Part shown: positions 1-10,080 of the stretch, piece after piece
How the letters are laid out: every line of letters begins with the position of its first letter
How positions within the stretch are numbered: the stretch's first letter is position 1
NCBI GenBank assembly: GCA_963705915.1
Contig: OY970126.1
Coordinates: forward strand, 751,893 to 815,892
From: an uncultured bacterium
GTDB taxonomy: Bacteria; Patescibacteriota; Minisyncoccia; UBA6257; 2-01-FULL-56-20
DNA: 64,000 nt
Reading direction: 5' to 3'
Program-made: the position numbers and the translations under genes
Notes under the pieces: model-generated
Database searches by the model: none
Seen by the model: the letters and a program-made list of their open reading frames with translations, nothing else
Told to the model about the DNA's origin: nothing

Positions 1-794
1 CTGATTGGAAACCGGACGCTGTCGTCCACTTTGCGGCCATTTCCGGCGGTATCCAGCTTACGATCGACCATCCCGCAAGCGTGATGCGGGACAATATCAT
101 GATGAATTTTAATATTGTGGAGGCTGCGCGTCTTGCGAATGTGAATAAAGTTGTGATGACGCTCTCTGCGGCTATCTATCCTGCAAAAACACCAGTGCCA
201 ATGAAAGAAGAAGAGATGCACAATGGTTATCCGCACGAGACAAATTACAGCTATGCTTTTGCAAAACGTCTTATTGACCCTATGGCGAAGGCGTATAAAA
301 AAGAATATGGCATGGATGTTGTTGACATCGTTCCAGGCGCGATCATCGGGCCGAAGAGCAATTTTAATCCTGCGAGTTCGACGGCGATACCGGCGCTCAT
401 CCGCCGTTTTTTTGAGAACCGCGAAGGCAATGAACCACTTCTTGTATGGGGTGATGGGTCGCCAGTTCGCCAATTTACCTCGGACGAGGATATGGGAAGA
501 ATTGCCATGTGGTGCGTTGATAATTACGATGATCCACAAATGTTGAACGTGAGTACGTCAGAAGAGACGTCGATCAAAGACGCGGCCTATATGATTGCGG
601 AATTTTTGCATATCGATCCAAGGCGGCTTACATTCGACACGTCCAAACCCGCGGGAACCCATAGCCAAAGTCTCGATAACAGCAAATTCGTTTCGCTGTC
701 ACATTTCAAATACACGCCGGCGCGCGATACGATAAAGAGAACCGTTGATTATTTCGCTGCACATTATCCGGATCAAAATACCTTGCGCTTATGA
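1..794 (+). CDS. GDP-L-fucose synthase-like NAD-dependent epimerase/reductase (5' truncated by window edge)
   Basis: Frame open from the edge (VVHFAAISGGI); SAAIYP, YAFAKR (YxxxK) and VWGDGSPVRQF motifs typical of Fcl/WcaG family. Confidence 0.85.
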   Translation, partial: DWKPDAVVHFAAISGGIQLTIDHPASVMRDNIMMNFNIVEAARLANVNKVVMTLSAAIYPAKTPVPMKEEEMHNGYPHETNYSYAFAKRLIDPMAKAYKKEYGMDVVDIVPGAIIGPKSNFNPASSTAIPALIRRFFENREGNEPLLVWGDGSPVRQFTSDEDMGRIAMWCVDNYDDPQMLNVSTSEETSIKDAAYMIAEFLHIDPRRLTFDTSKPAGTHSQSLDNSKFVSLSHFKYTPARDTIKRTVDYFAAHYPDQNTLRL

Positions 795-1762
795 ACTATC
801 GCGAACTCGGCAAGACCGGTATTAAAGTCTCAGAGGTTGGCTTTGGCACGTGGGGAATTGGCGGAGCGACGGCTGACGGGCCTCATTCGTACGGCGACGT
901 TAACGACGCGGAATCAAAAATCGCCCTTGAGCGCGCGTTCGATCTCGGCATTAATTTTTTCGACACATCAAATATTTATGGCTATGGCCATGCCGAAGAA
1001 TTGCTTGGCACGACGTTTAAGGGTCGTCGCGACAAAGTGGTGATCGCGAGTAAAGTTGGATATGTAAAGCACGGCGGCCCGTGGGACCTCTCGCCATCGT
1101 TCATCCGTAAATGTCTTGAAGAGACGCTCAAGCGCCTTCAGTCGGATTACGTCGACCTCTATCAAATCCATAGCCCGCCGATCGAACTTCTTGAACAAAC
1201 GCCGGAGGCCGTCGATGAACTCAAGAAATTAAAACAGGAAGGGAAAATTCGTGCGTTCGGATACTCCGTTAAAAACCCTAAAGAAGGAGAGCTTGTCATC
1301 AACACATACGGATTCCAAACGGTGCAGGTAAATTTTAACATGATTGACCAGCGCGCCTACGACATCGGTCTTTTTGATATTGCCGAGAAGGCCGGCGCGG
1401 GCATCATCGCGCGCACGCCATTTGCATTTGGGTTCCTGACAGGCACCGTCAAAGACATTCATTTCAATCCGAAAGATCACCGCTCGGCATGGCCCGAGCA
1501 TCAGTTGAAAATCTGGATGGAGGCGCCAAGTCTTTTTGCGCCATTGAACGCCGGAACGTCGAGAACGCTTGCAGAACTTGCATTGCAATTTTGTCTTAGC
1601 TTCAAACCGATTTCGTCTGTGATTCCGGGGATCCTCCATCCATCAGAGGCCGACGACAACGCAAAGGCAAGCGGCCTTGTGCCGCTCACGCCAGACGAGC
1701 AAAAAGCGATCATTGATATTTATAAGAGCCACGAATTTTTTGACCGATCCGATAAAAAGTGA
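791..1762 (+). CDS. Aldo/keto reductase
   Basis: MNYRELGKTGIKVSEVGFGTWG, FFDTSNIYG, IASKVG, DYVDLYQIH AKR motifs. Confidence 0.92.
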   Translation: MNYRELGKTGIKVSEVGFGTWGIGGATADGPHSYGDVNDAESKIALERAFDLGINFFDTSNIYGYGHAEELLGTTFKGRRDKVVIASKVGYVKHGGPWDLSPSFIRKCLEETLKRLQSDYVDLYQIHSPPIELLEQTPEAVDELKKLKQEGKIRAFGYSVKNPKEGELVINTYGFQTVQVNFNMIDQRAYDIGLFDIAEKAGAGIIARTPFAFGFLTGTVKDIHFNPKDHRSAWPEHQLKIWMEAPSLFAPLNAGTSRTLAELALQFCLSFKPISSVIPGILHPSEADDNAKASGLVPLTPDEQKAIIDIYKSHEFFDRSDKK

Positions 1763-1777
1763 TACATTTGCTCTCGT

Positions 1778-2599
1778 ATGGCGAAACCCATTGACATCAA
1801 AGAGCTTGCCGAACATGCGCGACTCATTCGGAAAGATTCGGTGACGATGAGTTATGAATCAAAGACTTCCCATGTGGGTTGTGCGCTTTCATTCGCCGAC
1901 ATTTTGTCGGCGTTATATTTTGTGGTTGCGAATGTTGACCCAAAAAATCCAACGGCGAACGATCGCGACCGGATTATTTTGAGCAAAGGGCATGCCGTTG
2001 TCGGTCTCTATGCCGCTCTCGCCGAGCGCGGATTTTTCCCAAAAGAAAAACTAAATGAATATTGCCGCCCCGGAAGTACTCTTGCGAGTCACATCGTCTA
2101 TGGTGCCGTGCCGGGTGCCGAAACAAGCGGCGGTTCGGGCGGTCACGGACTTCCCATCGCTTGTGGCATGGCCGTCGCGCTCCGGAACCAAAATTTCAAA
2201 TCGCGCGTATTCGTCCTTTCGGGTGACGGTGAGTTAGAGGAGGGCTCAGCATGGGAAGCAGCGCTTTTCGCGGGATTCCATAAGCTTTCGAACATAACCC
2301 TCATCGTCGACCAGAATAATCTGCAAGACGGCACAGATGGGCTTCACGTTTCAGAGATTCTGAATCTTGCACCGCTTGATGGAAAATTCCGTTCGTTTGG
2401 CTGGGATGTGGAAGTTGTGGACGGCCACGATTTTAACTCGCTCATTCCGGCGCTCAGCAAAATTTCTGATCGGCCGCGCGCGGTCATCGCGAAAACAGTG
2501 AAAGGTAAGGGCGTTTCCTTTATGGAAGGTCTTGGCGTCTGGCACGGGAAAGTTCCGAGCGACGAACAATACGTGCAAGCGATGAAGGAGCTTTCATAA
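1778..2599 (+). CDS. Transketolase, N-terminal (TPP-binding) subunit
   Basis: DRIILSKGH, GDGELEEG...N TPP motif, KTVKGKGVSFME. Confidence 0.92.
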   Translation: MAKPIDIKELAEHARLIRKDSVTMSYESKTSHVGCALSFADILSALYFVVANVDPKNPTANDRDRIILSKGHAVVGLYAALAERGFFPKEKLNEYCRPGSTLASHIVYGAVPGAETSGGSGGHGLPIACGMAVALRNQNFKSRVFVLSGDGELEEGSAWEAALFAGFHKLSNITLIVDQNNLQDGTDGLHVSEILNLAPLDGKFRSFGWDVEVVDGHDFNSLIPALSKISDRPRAVIAKTVKGKGVSFMEGLGVWHGKVPSDEQYVQAMKELS

Positions 2600-2621
2600 T
2601 AATAAAGTCCTATTTTCAATC

Positions 2622-3536
2622 ATGAGATTCGAAGTTATAAAAACAATTTACAAGGCGGGCGAACACGATCCGAAATTTTATTTCATCACCGGTGATTATG
2701 GCCACGCAAACACGGAAGATTTTAAAACCAATTGGAAAGGGAGATACTTTAACGGCGGCATGTCTGAGCAAAATATTTTGGGCGTTGCGTCCGGTCTCGC
2801 GCTTTCGGGTATGAAAACGTTTGTGTACTCCATTGTCCCTTTTGTCACCCTGCGCTGTTATGAACAAATAAAAATCGACGTTTGTCTCCACAATGCCGAT
2901 GTAACGATTATCGGCGGTGGCGAAGGCTTTGCGTATGGTGACGCCGGGCCAACTCACTATGCAATCGAAGACGTCGGCGCTTTGCGTCTTTTGCCGAACA
3001 TGAAAATCGTGTGTCCGGCGAATCCGATGGAAACGCGACAGCTTACGGAGCAACTTATCAAGCTTGGCGGCCCTGCATACATCCGTATCGGCCGCGGCCG
3101 CGAACCGGATCCCGAAAGAGAATATGCTGTTGAATTCGGCAGGGCTAAAGTGATCCGTCCAGGCAAGGATGTTACGATCGTCACGATGGGGACGATCGTA
3201 AAAGAAGCCATGAGGGCTGCCGACCTCCTCGCCGCGCAAGGCGTTGACGTCGAGATTTTAAACATGCATACTATTAAGCCGCTTGATGTGGCCGCAATCC
3301 GCGAACGCGCGGGTGCGAGAAAAGCTATTGTAACGCTTGAAGAGCACAATATCATTGGGGGGCTTGGCGGCGCTGTTGCTGAAGTGCTTGCGGAAATGCC
3401 GGAGCGCCCGAAGTTCAAACGTTTTGGCGTGCAGGATGCGTGGCCGGACATTGTCGGCTCCCAAGATTTTCTGCGCAGATACATCGGCATCGACGGAGAT
3501 TCAATCGCGCCGCAAATCCGCGCACTCATCAAGTAG
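2622..3536 (+). CDS. Transketolase, C-terminal subunit
   Basis: GMSEQN, GPTHYAIED, YIRIGR, TIKPLD, EEHNIIGGLG. Confidence 0.92.
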   Translation: MRFEVIKTIYKAGEHDPKFYFITGDYGHANTEDFKTNWKGRYFNGGMSEQNILGVASGLALSGMKTFVYSIVPFVTLRCYEQIKIDVCLHNADVTIIGGGEGFAYGDAGPTHYAIEDVGALRLLPNMKIVCPANPMETRQLTEQLIKLGGPAYIRIGRGREPDPEREYAVEFGRAKVIRPGKDVTIVTMGTIVKEAMRAADLLAAQGVDVEILNMHTIKPLDVAAIRERAGARKAIVTLEEHNIIGGLGGAVAEVLAEMPERPKFKRFGVQDAWPDIVGSQDFLRRYIGIDGDSIAPQIRALIK

Positions 3537-3575
3537 TGGTATGTGCTCATAACGTAGTACCCCATATTTTTTCTC

Positions 3576-4583
3576 ATGATTATCACGCGAACACCATTTC
3601 GCATATCTTTTTTTGGCGGTGGCACGGATTACCCCGTGTGGTTTGAAAAACACGGAGGCGCCGTGCTCTCGACGACCATCAATCAATATTGCTATATCAC
3701 GTGCCGGAATTTTCCGCCGTTTTTTAATGACGTCAAAACACGTATTGTCTGGTCGAAGATTGAGAATGTGAACAATGTTGACCAAATTGAACATCCTGCA
3801 GTGAAAGGTGTCATGAAGTTTTTGAATGTAAAAGATGGCCTTGAAATACATCACACAGCAGATCTCCCGGCGCGTTCTGGTTTGGGCGCGAGTTCATCTT
3901 TTACCGTCGGTTTATTGAATGCCATCTATGCACTTCGCGGTAAAAAAGTCTCAAAAGAAGATTTGATCCGTGAGGCAGTTTATATTGAACAAAATGTGAT
4001 GCATGAAAATGTCGGATCGCAAGATCAAGCTGCTGCGGCATTCGGCGGGTTCAATAAAATCGTCTTCAAACCCGATCACAGCATCGAGATCAGGCCGCTC
4101 GAACTTTCCCAACAGATGCTTTCAAAGCTGCGGAATCACCTCCTGCTTTTTTTCACCGGCCTCTCACGGAGCGCTTCCGAAGTTGCAGGCGAACAGATCA
4201 AAAACACGCCGCAAAAAGAAAAAGAGCTTGCGACCATGCTTGCGATGGTGGATCAGGGTGCCGCATTTTTACAGCAAGGCAAACTCGACGACTTTGGCGC
4301 ACTCCTTCATGAATCTTGGCAATTGAAGCGGGGGCTCACGTCTCTCATCGCGAATCCTCATATCGATGATATTTATGAGAAGGCGAGGAACGCTGGCGTG
4401 ATCGGCGGCAAACTCCTCGGCGCCGGTGGCGGCGGATTCATGCTTTTTTATGCCCATCCCGAAGACCACAAAAAAATCCGTGAAGCGTTGAAAGATATTC
4501 TCTACGTGCCGTTCCATTTCGAATCTGAAGGAAGTAAGATAATATACGAGAGCAACGCCCTCGACACGATTCAGCTCGTATAA
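3576..4583 (+). CDS. hddA: GHMP sugar kinase, D-glycero-alpha-D-manno-heptose-7-phosphate kinase (HddA)-like
   Basis: TPFRISFFGGGTD, PARSGLGASS, GSQDQ, GGKLLGAGGGGF. Confidence 0.8.
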   Translation: MIITRTPFRISFFGGGTDYPVWFEKHGGAVLSTTINQYCYITCRNFPPFFNDVKTRIVWSKIENVNNVDQIEHPAVKGVMKFLNVKDGLEIHHTADLPARSGLGASSSFTVGLLNAIYALRGKKVSKEDLIREAVYIEQNVMHENVGSQDQAAAAFGGFNKIVFKPDHSIEIRPLELSQQMLSKLRNHLLLFFTGLSRSASEVAGEQIKNTPQKEKELATMLAMVDQGAAFLQQGKLDDFGALLHESWQLKRGLTSLIANPHIDDIYEKARNAGVIGGKLLGAGGGGFMLFYAHPEDHKKIREALKDILYVPFHFESEGSKIIYESNALDTIQLV

Positions 4584-5521
4584 TGAACGATCCCAAAGTT
4601 TCTATCCTCATGCCGACCTTCAATGGCGGCAAATACATTGCTGAGACCCTCGACACGGTGATGGCCCAGACTTTTACGGACTGGGAAATTATTTTGATGG
4701 ACGGCGGCTCGAAAGATGATACCGTTGCGATTGTAGAGCAGTACGCGGAAAAACATCCTTCGATCCATATTTATTCTGAACCTGACGAAGGTCCGTATCA
4801 TGCGATTCATAAGGCGCTCGACCACGCCCGCGGCGAATTCGTCGCTATCCTTTGCGCTTCGGATGGCTATATGAATGGCGATTGGCTCAAGATGTGCGTC
4901 GAGAAAATGGAAAGCGACCCCGAAATCGCCCTCGTGTGGGGCATTCCCTACAACGCAACGGAAGACGGCACGATCACCGAACCGCATTTTGCCTACGCCC
5001 ATCTTCTTCAAGGTTCAAACGCCCGAGGGCCGTTTTTGAAAGAAATGATGAAGCGGCTTTCGAGCCCCTCATCATTTATGAGGCTTCTCAAAAAGATGAA
5101 CGCGTCAAACATCGCAACGGCAAAACAGGTTTTGAAAGCGGGTGAAGATGTTCCTGAAAAGAAGGCATGGTTCAAATACTGGCTCGAGACAGGGAGTATC
5201 GTTCCTGACGGCAATATGCTCCTCGCGCCGCGTGTTTTGAAGGAGTGCCTTCCGCCGTACCACATGGGCACCCGCGAAGCAGGCGACTGGATGACATTCT
5301 TTTTTGATGTGAACGCAAAAGGATATCTTTCCTATTGCATCCCGGTGGGAGCAAATTATACGAGAAATGCCCAACAGGGATCGGTTACCGAGCGCGCGCT
5401 CAAATATAATGATGCTAATCGAAAAGCGTATTTCGATCGCCTCGCAAAATTCCGCGACGACATCAAAGCTCACCCGGAGCACATGGTATTTCGCGACCGG
5501 GCAGGGAATGTGATACCGTAA
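4583..5521 (+). CDS. Glycosyltransferase family 2
   Basis: VSILMPTFN, IILMDGGSKD, SEPDEG. Confidence 0.85.
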   Translation: MNDPKVSILMPTFNGGKYIAETLDTVMAQTFTDWEIILMDGGSKDDTVAIVEQYAEKHPSIHIYSEPDEGPYHAIHKALDHARGEFVAILCASDGYMNGDWLKMCVEKMESDPEIALVWGIPYNATEDGTITEPHFAYAHLLQGSNARGPFLKEMMKRLSSPSSFMRLLKKMNASNIATAKQVLKAGEDVPEKKAWFKYWLETGSIVPDGNMLLAPRVLKECLPPYHMGTREAGDWMTFFFDVNAKGYLSYCIPVGANYTRNAQQGSVTERALKYNDANRKAYFDRLAKFRDDIKAHPEHMVFRDRAGNVIP

Positions 5522-5525
5522 GACC

Positions 5526-6290
5526 ATGGCAACTGAACGCTCTATCAAACTGCACCTCGGCTGCGGCGAAAAATATTTAGAGGGATACTGGAATATCGAT
5601 TTTCCAGAAGGCGAACACAGCGTGATGACACCGCGCGTGGATGAGTACGGCGACGTGCGCACGCTTTCGTACCCGGAAAATTCCATCGACGAAATCCGCA
5701 GCCATCATCTTTTCGAGCATTTTTCGCGCGCGGAAGCGTTGAAGCTTTTGACGAAGTGGCGTACGTGGCTGAAGCCCAATGGGCTTCTCGTGATCGAAAC
5801 GCCGGATTTTGAAACGAGCGCGAATTTCTATATCCATAGCCCCTCAATGAAACGCAAATTCCAGCTCACGCGTCACATTTTCGGTTCACAAGAAGCCGGC
5901 TGGGCGCTTCACAAAGATTATTGGGACAAAGAAAAATTCGATTTTGTGTTCTCGAAGATGGGTTTCAAGGATTTCAAATGTAAGCGTTACAACAACGGCC
6001 TTGCTCGCCACGCAAAATCATTGCCTGGTTCGCTCGGCAAAACGATTAGCAAAACGCCCGAGTGGTTCCATCGTCCGGTTCTGAATGCCGTGGGAAACAT
6101 GTTACCCGACAGTTTTTATGAAAAAAACGGCAGCAACAAAATGCCTAATATCCTTGTTTCTGCGCGAAAAGACAGTGCGGTGCCAATCGACATGGCTCAG
6201 CGCGTAAAAGAAATTTTGGAACTCAATCTTGTGGGCAGAGAAGGCGATCGTCTCCTGAATGTCTGGCTCCAGGAATATGAGCGATTTTAA
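5526..6290 (+). CDS. Class I SAM-dependent methyltransferase-like protein (glycan cluster)
   Basis: KLHLGCG, SHHLFEH, LKPNG...IETPD. Confidence 0.75.
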   Translation: MATERSIKLHLGCGEKYLEGYWNIDFPEGEHSVMTPRVDEYGDVRTLSYPENSIDEIRSHHLFEHFSRAEALKLLTKWRTWLKPNGLLVIETPDFETSANFYIHSPSMKRKFQLTRHIFGSQEAGWALHKDYWDKEKFDFVFSKMGFKDFKCKRYNNGLARHAKSLPGSLGKTISKTPEWFHRPVLNAVGNMLPDSFYEKNGSNKMPNILVSARKDSAVPIDMAQRVKEILELNLVGREGDRLLNVWLQEYERF

Positions 6291-7143
6291 AAAAGACTCA
6301 AAAAAACCAGTTGTAAGCATTCTCATGCCGACCTATAACCGGGTCGGTTTACTCGAGCGTTCCATAAAGAGCATTCTCTCGCAATCGCTTAACGACTTTG
6401 AGCTCATCATCATAAACGATGCGTCAACCGACGGCACGAAGGCATTTCTTGATGTGCTTGCCGCACGCGATCATCGTATCCATCCAATCCATAACGTAAA
6501 GAACAATTATCCCGATATTTCAAAAACATTGAATGAAGCGATGGCACAGGCCCGCGGCACCTACATCGCCCGCATCGACGACGACGACTATTGGTGTGAC
6601 GATGACAAGCTCAAGAAACAAGTTGAATTTCTCGACACGCATCCTGATTACGTCGTTGTCGGCGGGGGGACAATCGTGATCGATGAACATGACGAGGAAC
6701 GGTTCCGCTATCTCAAGCTTGAAACCGACGAGGCCATCCGCAGCAAAATATTCTTTGCGAATCCATTCACGCACTCAACGGTGATGTTTCGCCGAAAGAT
6801 CGCAGAGGCCGTCGGCGGCTATGGCAACTTTAAGAATGCCGAGGACTGGGAACTGTGGCTCAACATGGGCCTGCACGGAAAGTTTTATAACTTTCAGGAA
6901 TATTTCGTGCGCTATCTTCTCACATCGCAGAGCAAAACATTTCTTTTCAAGCGATCGCAGTCGCGGGAAATTTTGCGCATCATTGCCGCGCATCGCGGCG
7001 AATACCCCAATTTCATTCCTGGCTATCTTTTGAACGTCGCGCAGTATTGCTACAGCTTGCTTCCGGACGGCATCCGCGGCGCACTCTACAACACGCTTTC
7101 CCGTGCCAAGCGTACGGCGTTTTCGTCTAAATCAACCCAATGA
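6277..7143 (+). CDS. Glycosyltransferase family 2
   Basis: VSILMPTYN, INDASTD, ARIDDDD, AEDWELW; start placed at second Met. Confidence 0.88.
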   Translation: MSDFKKDSKKPVVSILMPTYNRVGLLERSIKSILSQSLNDFELIIINDASTDGTKAFLDVLAARDHRIHPIHNVKNNYPDISKTLNEAMAQARGTYIARIDDDDYWCDDDKLKKQVEFLDTHPDYVVVGGGTIVIDEHDEERFRYLKLETDEAIRSKIFFANPFTHSTVMFRRKIAEAVGGYGNFKNAEDWELWLNMGLHGKFYNFQEYFVRYLLTSQSKTFLFKRSQSREILRIIAAHRGEYPNFIPGYLLNVAQYCYSLLPDGIRGALYNTLSRAKRTAFSSKSTQ

Positions 7144-7703
7144 AAAAAACTGCAAAGAAAAAATACCCCGCCGTGTTTCTTGATCGTGATGGCGTTGTGA
7201 CCTACGACGTACATCACATGAAACATGTGTGTGAGCTGAGGCTTCTCCCGAATGCTGGAGCGGCAATTAAAAAAATGTGGGAGAAAGGCTATCGCGTGAT
7301 CCTTATCACGAACCAAGGTGCCATCGCGAAAGGGATTACAACGAAGCGGGCCGTTGATGAAATCCACACCGAGCTCGTAAAGCGTCTCAAAAAAACTGGA
7401 GCCGTGCTTGATGGTATCTACTATTGTCCGCATCATCCAGAAGGAAGCATTAAAAGGTTTGCGATAGATTGCGCATGTCGCAAACCAAAGCCCGGCATGA
7501 TTATACGTGCTGCCCGCGAGCTTTCGATCGATTTGAAGCGCAGCGTGATGATTGGTGATAAAACCGGCGACATCCTTGCCGGCAAGCGGGCAGACCTCAA
7601 AACCATTCTCGTCAAAACCGGGTACGGCGGGAGCGACAAAATATACAATGTGAAACCGAATGTGAAGACGAAAAATATTCTTTCCGCCACACGGTTTTTA
7701 TAA
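7140..7703 (+). CDS. gmhB: D,D-heptose 1,7-bisphosphate phosphatase (HAD IIIA)
   Basis: FLDRDGV, ITNQ, CPHHP...CACRKPKPGM, MIGDK. Confidence 0.88.
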   Translation: MKKTAKKKYPAVFLDRDGVVTYDVHHMKHVCELRLLPNAGAAIKKMWEKGYRVILITNQGAIAKGITTKRAVDEIHTELVKRLKKTGAVLDGIYYCPHHPEGSIKRFAIDCACRKPKPGMIIRAARELSIDLKRSVMIGDKTGDILAGKRADLKTILVKTGYGGSDKIYNVKPNVKTKNILSATRFL

Positions 7704-7762
7704 TGCGCCGAATTTCCAAGCTCAGATTGACAAACCCTATCAAACTTTTTATTATATAACCC

Positions 7763-8479
7763 ATGAAGGGCATTATCCTCGCGGGCGGCGAAGGAACCCG
7801 GCTCAGGCCAGTCACGTTTGAAGTCCCGAAGCCGCTCATCACGATCAAAAAGAAGCCACTCATTAACTACAACCTCGATCTCCTCGCAAGCACAAAGGTG
7901 AATGACGTGAAGATCATTATCCGCCCGCAGGACGAGAAAGACTATGAACGCTGGCATCGCGAATATGCCAAAGACTTTTCCGGCATGACGATTGATCTCG
8001 TGAGCGAGCATGAACCGATGGGCACGCTCGGTTATATCTTCCACCACCTGAAAGATTGGATGGGGGATGAAGATGTTTTTGTTGTGAATGGTGATGTGAT
8101 TCATAAGAACGTCGACATGAACGGCATGGTTGCCCATCACAAAGCATCCAGCATGGCGGCGACGCTCGTGCTCATGAAAGTTGAAAAACCCGATGACTAC
8201 GGCACGGCAATTGTGGACGGTTCGGCCATCACGGAATTTCTTGAGAAGAAAAAAGGATTACCTGCGGGCCTTGTGAACGCCGGCGTTTATATCATCTCTT
8301 CGAAAGCGCTCGATCAGATCGCCTCAACCGCTGCGGCACAAGGAAAATATTTAATGTTCGAACGGGAAATGTTCCCGGTGTTAGCTGGCGCAAAGCAATT
8401 GTCGGGATTTATTTCCGACGGTTCGTTTTATGATTGCGGGACCTTTGAGCGTTGGGAAAAAGCGATCCGCGAGGTATAG
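7763..8479 (+). CDS. Sugar-phosphate nucleotidyltransferase (HddC/mannose-1-P guanylyltransferase-like)
   Basis: IILAGGEGTRLRP...PKPL, VNGD, VNAGVY, DCGT. Confidence 0.85.
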   Translation: MKGIILAGGEGTRLRPVTFEVPKPLITIKKKPLINYNLDLLASTKVNDVKIIIRPQDEKDYERWHREYAKDFSGMTIDLVSEHEPMGTLGYIFHHLKDWMGDEDVFVVNGDVIHKNVDMNGMVAHHKASSMAATLVLMKVEKPDDYGTAIVDGSAITEFLEKKKGLPAGLVNAGVYIISSKALDQIASTAAAQGKYLMFEREMFPVLAGAKQLSGFISDGSFYDCGTFERWEKAIREV

Positions 8480-8513
8480 AAATTCATAAAAACCCGCACG
8501 CCGAAGTTTAGCG

Positions 8514-10019
8514 CTACGCGGCTGCCGTTGTATCGCCTGCCGGAAAGAGCAGGCGTTTTATTTCGATAAGAAGCGGTTCGCGAAGGACGCGGAGCACAAA
8601 GAAGTAGGCGATGATGGAGATCGCGACATTCACGATCACATTCATGCCCGCGAAGTAAAGGCCGATCGTGACCACGGCCATCACGGCGCTCGCGGCGATA
8701 ATCTTTTTGATATGCGGAAGGATTTCGAAAGTGTTGATTTTTTTCATCATGTGCCAGAGATACCAGTTTGTAACGACTTGCGCGATGAGGGTTCCGACGG
8801 CTGATCCCGCCATGCCGAACGGTGGGATGAGGAGGAGGTCGAGGCATACATTCAAGACGCCGGCAATCGCTGAGGTGATGATCAAACTCCGCTGATGGTT
8901 ATAGGCGAATATAGCATTACTGATGACCGTTGCAGGGAAGTCGACGAGCATCGTTAGCATCAAAATTTTGAAGGGTAATCCGCCCGATGCGTATGCACTG
9001 CCGAATATAAGCGTCATGATTTGGGTGCCAAGGATTGCGCCGCCGAGCGCGAGCGGGATCGAAGCGATGAAGATGATACTCACCGCACGTTCAAGCGCAG
9101 CGCGGAATCGAGGATTGTCTTTGTTGGCGAGTCGGGCAAAAAGGGGAAGCGTGGCGAATTGGATAACGGTTGGAATTAAATAGAGGACTTGCACGATCCT
9201 GATGCCGGCGGAATAGATGCCGACTTCCGATGCGCTCCGGAGCCAGCTGATGATGAGAATGTCGGCGTTCGTGAGGAGTAAGCCAAGCGCGCTTACGATG
9301 GCGAACGGCCACGCCGAACGGAGGATCGGCATGATGAGTGATGCGGAAAAATAATTGAAGACTTGTTTGAAGTAAGCACGGATGATGAAAACGGCGAGTG
9401 CGATACCAAGCACATCGCCTGCCACGTACGCCCATGCGAGCGATGACGGCGCCTTGACTGCAGTGAGGAAAATGAAACCAAAGACAAGAATGCCGAGATT
9501 GGTAAGAAGAAAGATCGCGGCATCGAATTCCATATTTTCCATGCCGCGCGCGACGGACGTGAAGAAGTCACGAAGCGTGTCGAACGCAAGGACGATGGCA
9601 ACAATAGGGAGCAATACTTTTGCACCGGGGAGTGTTGAGAAGAACGGCGCCACGAAGATGATGACGGCGGCACCGATGATGAGCAAAATGATCTTGAGGA
9701 CGAATGTCGTGGAAAATAATGTGCGCCTGTCTTCATCGCTCGATTTTGCGATGTCGCGCATGAGGAGGTTGTTGATGCCCGGATCCATGAACAGCGTGAG
9801 GAATCCGGCGAGCGTGATCGCATAAGAAAAAACGCCCCACCCGGCAGTGCCAAGGACGCGTGCGCCATAGATGACGACGGCAGCCTTTATGAGCCGTCCA
9901 CCAAAATTTGATACTGAAAGCCAAAAACTATTCTTCGCAACCGTCTGCTTTGCATTCTCATTCTTAAAGAGAAAAGAGCGCATACGGGCCGTAAAAGACT
10001 GTTTCGGCTTGGATTCCAT
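8514..10019 (-). CDS. Wzx-type polysaccharide flippase (MOP family)
   Basis: Many hydrophobic segments; VAKNSFW, ARVLG...GVFSYA, EVGIYSAG. Confidence 0.85.
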   Translation of the reverse strand: MESKPKQSFTARMRSFLFKNENAKQTVAKNSFWLSVSNFGGRLIKAAVVIYGARVLGTAGWGVFSYAITLAGFLTLFMDPGINNLLMRDIAKSSDEDRRTLFSTTFVLKIILLIIGAAVIIFVAPFFSTLPGAKVLLPIVAIVLAFDTLRDFFTSVARGMENMEFDAAIFLLTNLGILVFGFIFLTAVKAPSSLAWAYVAGDVLGIALAVFIIRAYFKQVFNYFSASLIMPILRSAWPFAIVSALGLLLTNADILIISWLRSASEVGIYSAGIRIVQVLYLIPTVIQFATLPLFARLANKDNPRFRAALERAVSIIFIASIPLALGGAILGTQIMTLIFGSAYASGGLPFKILMLTMLVDFPATVISNAIFAYNHQRSLIITSAIAGVLNVCLDLLLIPPFGMAGSAVGTLIAQVVTNWYLWHMMKKINTFEILPHIKKIIAASAVMAVVTIGLYFAGMNVIVNVAISIIAYFFVLRVLREPLLIEIKRLLFPAGDTTAAA

Positions 10020-10080
10020 GGTTATTAGTGTACCGCAATTTTTAAGATTCTTTTAATGTGCCGTGTGATAAGGTGGTGCC

